This document shows, piece by piece, positions 1-10,414 of a stretch of 64,000 bases of DNA. The DNA is from Thalia democratica (taxonomy: Eukaryota). The notes beneath the pieces are model-generated. The model was given only the letters and a program-made list of their open reading frames with translations, did not search any database and was not told where the DNA came from. Location: positions 33,232,001 through 33,296,000 of the forward strand of contig OZ241829.1 in the NCBI GenBank assembly GCA_965202585.1, in the 5' to 3' direction. How positions within the stretch are numbered: the stretch's first letter is position 1; every line of letters starts with the position of its first letter. A program made the position numbers and the translations under genes.

Positions 1-451
1 AGCAGTGTGAAGTCAGTCCAGCTTTTCGCTGCACTAAAATTTTAATGGTTTTAATCTTGTTGTTGTAATGGTTGATTTCGACTTTAGAACACTTTTTGAG
101 TTTGGTTTAAACATTTAGTTTTTAGTTTCTTTTATTCGAGTATTGTCGTCTTTTAAAAGAATTGATAATTTGTTTTATTAGTGTAATGTTGTGCAGTTTT
201 TTATCATCTTTTCGTTTCGCAAATTCATTGTAAATATAATCATTATCACAGATTCGAACTCAGTTAAAATTAGTATAAGTAACTGATTTATCAAACATTT
301 AGTAAATAGTAAGTAGTTCATATTAGTTTATTTAAGTCAACTATAATTTAAGCGTTATCTTGGGGCATCTACTTTATAAGTTAGAGCGCACGTTGCGTTA
401 TAAACCAGGCCCCTAAAGTGTATAAGTAGAAATCCTTTGTTGATAGCGACA
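1..451. repeat. Direct repeat copy 1 (left end outside window), identical to 2756-3206 except for about 4 substitutions
   Basis: Sequence from agcagtgtgaagtcagtcc to ...ttgttgatagcgaca recurs at offset 2755; 4 mismatches seen in 451 bp. Confidence 0.95.
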
Positions 452-1946
452 TGATGACCCGAACGTCCAGTTATTTATAGCTGGAATTGAACACAGATAC
501 CTTCATTAAAATTTCTACGCTTTTTAGATGGTGAATGGGGACAGAGTGGAATAAACCTAATTTAATAATAGTATAAATTCGATAAACTTTATGGCATTTA
601 TTTAACCTAGTCATCAGGTCTGTAAAATTTATAAAAATGAGTTTAAAATTTCTAGATGGAAAAACAACTAAGTAGTTCGAGTTTGTGATAGATTTGAGTT
701 GTTTTTTTCTAATGGTAATTAGTTTTATTGTGTTTAATTTTATGTTAAAGTGGTTTGGGGAAAGGCTAATCGACATGTGTTAGAACTAAAATGTATTTGT
801 TGTGTAGATATTATTGCAATTCATTGTTGAAGCGTTTTTCAAAATGAGTTTTAAACTTGTACGAGCAAGTTTAAACAAAAGTTAGCCTTGTTTTCAAGTT
901 GTTCCGCGTTTTGTCAAATTAATTAAATATCGTTCAATCGTTTTAAACATTTTATTAAAAATTAAAATGAAATTAAAGGCTTCTAATAATAAAACTTTCT
1001 TATAACAAAAAGAGTTTTAAACGTCTATAAAAGTTAGCAACTGTAAAGTTTAATTGTTTTGTTTTCAAACAATCGTTTTAATTTGAACTATAATGGATAA
1101 TAAACTTTTTAAACTGCATGTAAAATCATTGTTGTTTTTCGTTCGTCCTTGTAAAAATTTGTATGAGGTTATTAAAACTTGTTTTCGAGTGCATAATCGG
1201 TTATTGAAGTGAAATTTCTTAAATTTATTAAACTTAATTTAGTTTTATATTTAACAACAATGTCATGTTCAAACTTTAAACTATAATATTTAAAGTTTTT
1301 TTTTTACAATGACCTTGTTAATTGCTTGTAACAAACTTTATTGGCATGTTTTTTGTTTTTTTAAATCTAGCCGTACTTACAAAAAATAATTTTTAACGAG
1401 GTCATTCGAGCTATCAAATGTCGTACCCGGTATTTAAAATCTGAAAATAAAAAACAATTTTGTTTAAAATTTGTTAGAATATTAAAGTTTTCAAAATCAG
1501 TACAAGTTCACTGGCTATATTTTTACGAAAAGAAGTTTAAACTTTTGAGACGCATGTGAACGCTTGTTTTGTCAACTAATTCGTGTAAAATGTGAAATGT
1601 TTTTTATTTTAAAGCTTGTAGAGAATTACTGTATATTGATTGGAGCCAAAAATGTTTCTCAATTACTTTGAAACTTAACAAACTTTAAAGTTAAAATATA
1701 AATAGACTAATTGATTAATGTAATGTTGTTGCTAACTAGTAGCATATAAGTTTGTAAATTGAATTTTTTTATCTTTTAATGTTTTAACTTGTTTTTAAAA
1801 TTGATATCAAGTAGTGACGTACATTCTAATTGCACTTTCGCACGAACGGCTCGAGAAACGAATCGGCGAGGAGCGGTAGAGGAGACTTATGTACGAGGTG
1901 AGGAACGAGGAGATGAAAGAGGAGATGTATGGAGAGACGGATCAGA

Positions 1947-2334
1947 GGATTCCGTAGCGCCAACAGACCGCTGGGTGAGGCAAGGAGACGGATTCCGTGG
2001 CGCCAACAGACCGCTGGGTGAGGCAAGGAGACGGATTCCATGGCGCCAACAGACCGCTGGGTGAGGCAAGGAGACGGTTCCGTAGCGCCAACAGACCGCT
2101 GGGTGAGGCAAGGAGACGGATTCCGTGGCGCCAACAGACCGCTGGGTGAGGCAAGGAGACGGATTCCGTAGCGCCAACAGACCGCTGGGTGAGGCAAGGA
2201 GACGGATTCCGTAGCGCCAACAGACCGTTTAGGTGAGGCCAGGAGACGGAATCCGTAGCGCCAACAGACCGTTAGGTGAGGCGAGGAGACGGAATCCGTA
2301 GCGCCAACAGACCGTTAGGTGAGGCGAGGAGACG
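1947..2334. repeat. GC-rich minisatellite, 9 x ~43 bp (GGATTCCGTAGCGCCAACAGACCGCTGGGTGAGGCAAGGAGAC)
   Basis: Unit starts at 1947, 1990, 2033, 2076, 2118, 2161, 2204, 2248, 2291; no spacers. Confidence 0.95.
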
Positions 2335-2755
2335 TATCAGCATAATACGGTCAAACGACGTGTAGATGTACAAGGGCGGAGCGAGTTCCAGCAGCGAAGA
2401 AATTTTTTAAACTTTCTACATTTGTCTGTCATTTTGAAAACTGTATCATACTTTTATTAATTTTGTGTATTTTAAATTAATGCTTTTTAAACTAAGGAGA
2501 TAAAAGTCGGCGGTCGTTTTTCAATAATTTTTCTATATAGGGAGTTTTAAGCATTCTTACAAATGTTAATGAATAAAAATTAATGTTTTTTTTTTCGGAA
2601 AACCAAGAATAAATTCTTAAAGTACGAAGGTAAGAGGAGAAAATGTACCGCTTACGCGGTAATTGTCTTTTTTTTACTTTCTTCTTTTTTCTCAAGCGAG
2701 TATAAATTCAACAGTCTCGAGTAATAGTGAGGGCTTTTAGTTTCTACTGCATGGC

Positions 2756-3206
2756 AGCAGTGTGAAGTCAGTCCAGCTTTTCGCTGCACTAAAATTTTAA
2801 TGGTTTCAATCTTGTTGTTGTAATGGTTGATTTCGACTTTAGAACACTTTTTGAGTTTGGTTTAAACATTTAGTTTTTAGTTTCTTTTATTCGAGTATTG
2901 TCGTCTTTTAAAAGAATTGATAATTTGTTTTATTAGTGTAATGTTGTGCAGTTTTTTATCATCTTTTCGTTTCGCAAATTCATTGTAAATATAATCATTA
3001 TCACAGATTCGAACTCAGTTTAAATTAGTATAAGTAACTGATTTATTAAACATTTAGTAAATAGTAAGTAGTTCATATAAGTTTATTTAAGTCAACTATA
3101 ATTTAAGCGTTATCTTGGGGCATCTACTTTATAAGTTAGAGCGCACGTTGCGTTATAAACCAGGCCCCTAAAGTGTATAAGTAGAAATCCTTTGTTGATA
3201 GCGACA
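2756..3206. repeat. Direct repeat copy 2 (LTR-like, ends ...GCGACA)
   Basis: Matches 1-451; identity stops right after GCGACA in both copies. Confidence 0.95.
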
Positions 3207-3310
3207 GGGACAACTCGAGCAGGGACAACTCGAGTAGAGGAAACTCGAGCAGAAGCAGCTCGAGCAGAAGCAAATCGAGTAGGGACAACTCGAGTAGGGG
3301 AAATTCGATC
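3206..3310. repeat. Degenerate 15-bp tandem repeat, 7 units (AGGGACAACTCGAGY)
   Basis: Seven consecutive 15-mers with a TCGA core, starting at the end of the direct repeat. Confidence 0.85.
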
Positions 3311-3384
3311 ACCGGTAACTCGTAATATTTTTATTCTGCACCACCTTAGAAAAATACCACGCGACGCCACTGATATACAGGTTT

Positions 3385-4390
3385 CAACAAGAAAAAGTAG
3401 ATCTATAAACTACCAAAGGTACCATCAACTTAAACTTTATAAATTACATTGTTAATTAAACAATTACCTTTTGATGGGCAGTTACCTTTATTTATTTTAC
3501 GGCAATTACAAGTTTTAGGCATATTACTTAACTTATCACTATTAGGCTTAGTTGGTTTTGAATATTTATTTATAGTATTATTGTTATGCATTTTACTTAT
3601 ACTTTTGGCACGATTATCACTACTTGTTCTAAGTTTTCTTTTATCATTTTAGCAATACTTCTAGTTATACGTTGAATATTATAATCTACACTATTTTTAG
3701 TCTTATTGGTATCAATATTTTCATTACTATTAAAGTTATCATTATAGCTTATATCTTTTACGTTTAAATTTTTTTGGTTGTGTGCCTTAATGATATTCTC
3801 TAAATTTGCCGTACACGAATAACTTATTCGCATATTATGTTTGTTGAAAAGTTTTGTTAGCGGATTTAGTTTGTTGAAGTGTTTTTTGACTAAATTTATA
3901 AACTTTCTTCCAATATTAGTTTTTACTGAATTACTAAAAGGAGGATTTTACCAGATTACATTTCTTTTTTTTTTTTCATGTTTTTGATTAGTTTTAGGTT
4001 GTTGTTAATATATACATATATATTAAAGATTTTATTAAAAGTAAAAGTTCTGCTCGATAGTTCTCGACAAATTGAATTGGAGCTAGATATTTATTTGATT
4101 ATAAAAAAAGTTTAGACGATCGTTTCGTATATGAGGTATAAAATCCCATATACTCCTCAGTAAGCTAAAGTTTATTACAATAGTAAACAAAAATTTAGAT
4201 TTTGAACGTTTTTATAACAGTTATGACGTAGTAATAATAGATAGAGTTTATTGTATAGTAAGCTGAGTTTGAAAAAATACGCTGAACTTGTTAATTTATG
4301 CATTTTGGAAAGTATTGGAAAGGTTATATTAGAAAATTTTTTAAACTATTCGTGTTTGCGGCTTAATTTTACTTTGTTTTAATATTTACT
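3385..4390 (-). mobile_element. Degenerate Penelope-like retroelement: 3'UTR/pseudo-LTR copy, hammerhead, then RT-thumb/linker/GIY-YIG fragment
   Basis: Minus strand reads KRNVIW*NPPFSNSVKTNIGRKFINLVKKHF...MRISYSCTANLENIIKAHNQK...CNCRKINKGNCPSKGNCLINNVIYK, the typical PLE linker, with stops and frameshifts. 4168-4390 is homologous to the 3'UTR of the PLE at 16990-17245. Confidence 0.9.
4110..4165 (-). ncRNA. Minimal type I hammerhead ribozyme (PLE-type), core intact
   Basis: Minus strand: GCTTA-CTGAGGA-GTATATG..CATATAC-GAAA-CGATCG-TC-TAAAC. 7-bp stem II, palindromic stem III ACGATCGT, GUC cleavage triplet, short stem I. Confidence 0.85.
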
Positions 4391-4531
4391 TAGTTTAAGT
4401 TTTGGCTAAAAAAATATTTTTGGTATAAATTGCAACCAGTTTCTAATCTCATACATAATAATATGTTTCATGGCATACAAAATGTTTGAAAAAGAAAGAT
4501 TAACAAATGACACGGGTTTTTAGTTTTACAC

Positions 4532-7500
4532 TTAGCTTTGTATGCCATGAAACTGTGACCAAACGGAATATCTGCTGTGAACAGTCGAAGGACCGTGCGT
4601 CTCGTACTCTTCTTTCGTCACGCACATGCTTTTGAAGGACGGATGGCAAGCCAGAAGGGATCCTCCGTTCCAAACTGAGTACTTGTCTTTGGTTGGAGCG
4701 AGGATGGTGACCTTCGGCTGATCCCGAGCTAAAAATTCAAGCTCTTTCTGCAGGCGTTCGAAGAATCCTGTTGTTAAAAGTGTTTTAAACTTTGAGAGTA
4801 AAACAGTTATGATCAGAGTAACTGGTTGTTTTTATTACTTTCAAAACTAGCTATAATTTATTGAAATGCACAATTAAGAGGTATTGTTAAGTTCAACAAC
4901 TTAAACTTTATAAGTTGTCTTACGTAATTATGTAAGAAACTATTTTGAAAAAAAAATTAAACACCATTACCGATTACAATTTACGAGCTTTTCTTGGCTA
5001 AAACACATCAACAAACATATAAAGACTCACCGGGAAACATGGTGGATCCTCCTGACAGAATAATGTTGCCAAAAAGTTTATTTCTTTTGTCTTCATCACA
5101 TCTCATCAAGGAATCGAACATAGCTTGATGAACGCCCTTGGACTGCATGCCCATCAATGATGGTTTGAAAAGAGCTTCTGGACACTTAAACATTTCAACA
5201 TCCACGTTTATTTTCTAAAAAAAATATTTAGATCAGTATGTAGCTTCATTATTTGTGATAAGTTTTATTTTAAAATTCAATAAGTTTAAAGACAGTTTAA
5301 AAGCTTTTTCGAAAATCAGTCTAGCTGTGGATATTTTCAAACTGACTCATAATAGTTATTGTCAACAAACGTTTTTTTTTAGTTTTTTAATTCTTAAGTA
5401 TATTTGTTCACTTATTTTTAACAACAAACAAATTCAACTTCCATGGTAGGTAGCCTAAACTGTTTGTAGTCTCTACAGCTTTCTTTGTGTTTTTTAAGTT
5501 CTTCCTCATAATTCAAAGCAACATAGCACGCCCTTTCCTTTATTTGCTGAGCGGCTTTATGTTCTTCTTAAATATATGCTTGGTTATTATTTGAAAAACT
5601 AAACTTTTTTATTTGAATCTAAATTAAAAAAATAAATTACAAATGAGTATATTCAAAGTCAAGCTTATATTAATAGCTTTACCAGTACAAGCAAAACAAA
5701 CTTTGCAGTTTTGTTTTATCAAAAAACTCGAATCTAATAACACAAAACAAAACTAAACTTTTTGCAGTTAGATTTTAAATAGTTTGTACCTAAAACATGT
5801 CCTTTCTGACGAAGCATTTTCATCAGGTACACATTCAAATCATGGCCGCCGAAGTCAAGTCTTGTTGTGGCATGTTGCAGTATGGAACCCTCCCAAACTG
5901 CAACTGTGCTGCACACGCCATCACCGCAATCGACTATGACACCTTTATTAGGTTATATTGAGTTAAAATATTTCTTTAATAAAATATATGTTATGATACT
6001 TCAAGAGATGATTCATTTACCTTTTTTAAGTTCTATTGAAGTTTAAGCGAAATAAAAATAAAACCTACACTTAATAACTGAACAGAATTAAAACTTAAAA
6101 CTAGAGTTAGATAAAAAATAGCTGTATAAATTGTATTTTAGCAGTATGTTCTTATAAGTTCCTACACTTTTTAGAATTTGCAAGAAAATTTTTGAAACTT
6201 AGGCCGCAAAAATAATCAATAAGTAGTTACAGATTTCCTTAAAGTTTCAAAAGTATTTTCAAAATAAGTCCACAAGTGTTTATAGTAACAAAAAAAATTA
6301 GTTTACATTCGTACCGCGTAATAATATTTATAAAGTTTAAGAACTCAATAATGTGAAAATGAAACACTTTTTTTAAGTTTATTATTTATTCCACTAAACT
6401 GTGAAATTAAAGACTATAACATAAATCTGAGTGTAAATTTATAAAAACTACAGCTAAAAATAGTTTCAACTGATCTTGTTTTAAGCTGCTAATACTTTAA
6501 ATTGCTGATAGCTTTTTACAAGAGATTTTAAATCTAACCGCTGCTTTTTCCAGAATTTTTTAGAGCCAATACAGCGTCGATGACAAAAGAAACTTCTTTA
6601 ACATTAAAATTTTCAAACAAAATTTTCGCAATTCCTTCACGATTTGGTTTTGGGTTGAGCGGAGTTTCTGCGAGCAGTACCGACTGGTTTTCAGGTGCAA
6701 CTTTGAGCCCCTTGTGGAAAGCGTGGTCCAAGATCTTTCGCAAGTCATCCCAAGAGGTCACAACTCCGTGCGCGATGGGAAATGCAATTTTGTGTGTTTT
6801 TAGTTTTGCCAGAGCTCCGTCACCAACGCAGGGCTCGTATGAACCCTTGAGTAAATTTCAGTTCAGTTATAAGCGTGCTAATAAACATGAAAGAGTTATC
6901 TCAGCACAAAAAAAAACAGAAGCGAGGGACAAACAGTTAGGTGTTGTAAACAAGTGGGGCACAAATAACTTGTGGTAAAACGAAGTTTATTGAAATAAAA
7001 ATTAAACATATCATTTGTCAGTTTTTATATTGAATTTAAACTTAAAAAACATATATTAAGTTTAAAAATGGTGATACTAACAATTTTTTTTTATAATACT
7101 TTCTATATCAAACAATTTAACATACTAAACAAAAAGTAAAGAGAGCTCATTAAATTTTATAGCAAGTAACTAGATGAAAATTTTAAATAAGCCTTATCTT
7201 TGTTTTGTACTAAATGTAAAGTTTAGTTGTACAATAAATTCAATTAAGATAGACTTAAACATATCAGCTTAAACATTAAAATATATCAATTAACTCCGTA
7301 AAAGGTAATAAATATTTCGGCTCAAAAACTAAAAAAAGAAAAAAATAGTGAATAAAAATTGTGCTAAGAAAATATGAAAAAAAGAATTATCAGTTATGTA
7401 CTATTAATACTTCGTACATAATAAAAATTAAAAGTAGAAAATAATAACTTGCTTGTTTACCTCCAATGAAGACCTTCCAAAAGCTGAACTAAACACACAT

Positions 7501-7571
7501 CGTGGACTGTAGTCTCCTGCAAAACCAACTTTACATGTTTCTGAACCTAAATCGAAAACCAGAGGTTTCAT
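4532..7571 (-). CDS. Divergent actin-like / actin-related protein, 372 aa, 6 coding exons
   Basis: Exons 7571-7461, 6845-6539, 5942-5790, 5566-5439, 5214-5031, 4767-4532 are phase-consistent, all GT-AG, total 1119 nt. Actin motifs: DLGSETCKVGFAGD, PIAHGVVTSWDD, ETPLNPKPNRE, DCGDGV, LSGGSTMFPG, YSVWNGGSLLA, KEEYETHGP. Confidence 0.93.
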
Positions 7572-10414
7572 TGTTTTTCACTAGAACGCAAAGCTATAGT
7601 TTGTATTCATTTTAACCTATCTAAAACAAAATATTGTAAATTTTGCCAGGTTCTTTGAAAGTAAAATAACTAACATACTAACTACATAGCAGCAAAGTTA
7701 TTTTTTTATAATTTAAAGTAACTTAGTAAGTAATCAAAAGACCGCATTAAATACTTAATAGTTGTTACTAATCGGTAAACGATTAACTTAAAAAAAAAAG
7801 ATAGAGATATAAAAAAACTACTCATTCTTTCTACACGTACTGAATTAAAGATGTTAATTGTTTTATACATTTCGGCTTACTTATAATTTAAACACAAGTG
7901 TAATATTTATCATCTACCCACACAAATTTGTCATCACTTGATATATTTACTTGAACCTGTGTTTTATAAAATTTTCTGCTTTATCATAAGCTACTTAGAA
8001 AATATAATTTAATTTTAGTTATATTACTGAAAATGTATTGCAATGTTTATTAAGTATAAGTTTTTTAATTTTATTACGTTTAAACTTGTATAAATGAATA
8101 GAGAATAAAATACCAATATTTTTTGATTAAGCTAATTCTTTACAGTATGTAAACAAAATACAAATAAAAATCTAAATCTATATATCAAACGTTAATAAAA
8201 TAAAATTCAATAAAAGGTATGCGGTAAAGTTTGTCTTTATGTTTAAACTTTGTTTTGAATATTTACCCATCATATGGCCTTTTTTAAAGTAAACCGTATT
8301 TAAAAACTGAGACCGTTGTTGTTTATTTATAAGAACTAAGCATGGATTTTACAATTACAAAATACTTTTTTTTTTTTGTTAGGGGTTGAAACTTTTTTGT
8401 TTTGTTGGCCTGAGTCATAATAGTTTTCGAGGTTCGCTAGTTTAAAAAAAGTATCGTTTAAAAGTTTAAAAATATCTTTAAGAGGGAAACTGTAATAGAA
8501 TTATCAATTAGTCACAACTGTGTACTGAAAACTGTTAAAAAATCAAAACAAAATATTTGCTACAATAATTAACTCTCAAACTTATTTGTTTTACACAAGT
8601 TATTTTATGGCTAAAGTATATGTCGAGGGATTCTTAGCATGCCGCATTCAGACCAGACGTATTTTAAGATTTAGAAATTCACAAAAACAGTTTTTTTGAA
8701 TTTTTCTTTACAAAATTAATAAAAAAAAGTTAGTGAAAAATTCTGCTTACAAAAAGAAACATTTATTATAAGTATAATAACTTTTAGTTTGATGAAAAAT
8801 ATAGTTGCATAAACTATTTTTCATGAAAATTCAAACAAATACTAAATAAATTTTAGACTTAATAAACTGATCAACTTATAAGTAAAAAAAAATCAAGAGT
8901 TTGAAAGTATAAAACAGTTGAAAACTTTGTTAGTTAAATACTAAAAAAAAACTATCTAATACCCTTTATTTTATACTAAGTATTAAGCACGTTTTAAAAA
9001 TTTATAGTCGGAAACTTTTTAGTCGGCGGGACAAATATACCAGAAAAAGTCTTTTGCAGGCTGGACTGGTCACAAGTAGACTTCGATGATAATGTATTTT
9101 TTTAACACCTTACAATCACAGTTTTTTTAATCACTCTCTAAAAGCACAATAAAATAATTTAAAAAGAGTGTTTATGCAATTACATCGTCAATAAATTTAC
9201 TAAAATATAGATTTAGTAATAATGTTTTTGATAAGCAGAATTTTTTGCTTTTATTTTTACTTAACACCAATTTCGCCGTTACTTATAAAATTTCTGAAGG
9301 ATCATAACTTACAACTTGATCAGTCGGTGGTTTCATTTTTTTTTACTTCTATGTTTTTGAACTAAGCTCTGTCTTGACTGTGATGCCGTTAGTAACTTAT
9401 TATTTGAGTAAGGTTATTAAGGCCAGTAAATTATTAGTTAAGGCGTCCTTGTAAATACTTTCGTCTCATTTAATATTTTTTATTTTGGATCAAAATATCT
9501 ATAGCTTTGGAAATGTTCACTTTAGTTTTTAATTTGGTATGCGAGCTATATAATTTATTTTAAACATAAAAGTTTAGTCACACAAAAAATGTAGGCAACT
9601 ACTTTCCTTTTTAAAATTTTTATTTTTCCTTTTCTCAATAATTAGTACAAGTAATAATTGTACTACCAAAATGGTATATTTTTTACTACACTTGACTTTG
9701 GTAACAAACTTTTTGTATCTTATTGTTTATGGTAGTAAGATTAAACTGTTATAATAATGTAGTAAGACTATATCAGCAATTTATGAAAATTTCAAAGTCT
9801 GTGTACATAAAGTTAAATATTTTATAATTTATAAATTTAAAAAAAGGTTACTTAACAATCTTTTAGTATAAAAAAAAAGGAACTTTTAAAAAACTAAAAA
9901 ACCGTAATTTAAAACTAAATAAAAGATTATTTACTTTATTAAAATTTAATTTAATAAGTCTTAATACTTGCACGATTTTCTGTCTACACTTTACATAATT
10001 GCATAAACACAGGTAAATATTTTAAGAAATTCTGCTACATTTACTTACTAACTAACCAAATAACTGTACAATTTAATTATCACATGGTATTGGTTTAAGA
10101 AAAAAGTCACTTTAAAAACAAAAAGTTTGTAATAGAAGACCGAACGATGCGTTTTTTGAACAAGTTTTTTATAATTAAAACAACTAATAAGATATTAAAG
10201 TATGTATATTTTAAATAATATAGTTTATAATCTAAGTACATTTAAAACACAAAAATATTCACAAGATTTACCTCTAACTTTTAAATGTTTGTTTTATTTA
10301 AAAATAGATTACTTAAGTAAAACTTTTTTGTATGATTTATAATGTTCCACTTATTAAAAGTAAGTAAAGTAGTTTTGATTTTAGAAAAAAAATGTTTAAA
10401 AAATTGAGTTAAAG

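Larger units (their letters stand above)
1..3206 (+). mobile_element. Possible non-autonomous LTR retroelement (or last unit of a 2,755-bp tandem duplication)
   Basis: Direct repeats ending in CA. TGATGACCCGAACGT at 452 resembles a tRNA-Trp PBS (TGGTGACCCCGACGT, 12/15). A purine-rich tract precedes TGT at 1926. No gag/pol ORF in the interior. Confidence 0.35.

Noticed and set aside
248-262. Pol III B-box-like GAGTTCGAATC on the minus strand (also near 3005)
   Set aside because: No A box or cloverleaf nearby, so no tRNA or SINE call.
1947-2334. CRISPR-like array, and the overlapping ORFs at 1789-2220
   Set aside because: The units abut with no unique spacers in a eukaryotic context; the ORFs are by-products of the GC-rich repeat.
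3355-3372. Single CAGTGGCGTCGC-type transposon end
   Set aside because: No matching second terminus or TSD found in the window.
3110-3455. Pentapeptide-repeat ORFs (GTTRV..) on both strands
   Set aside because: They are translations of the 15-bp repeat, with no splice or homology support.
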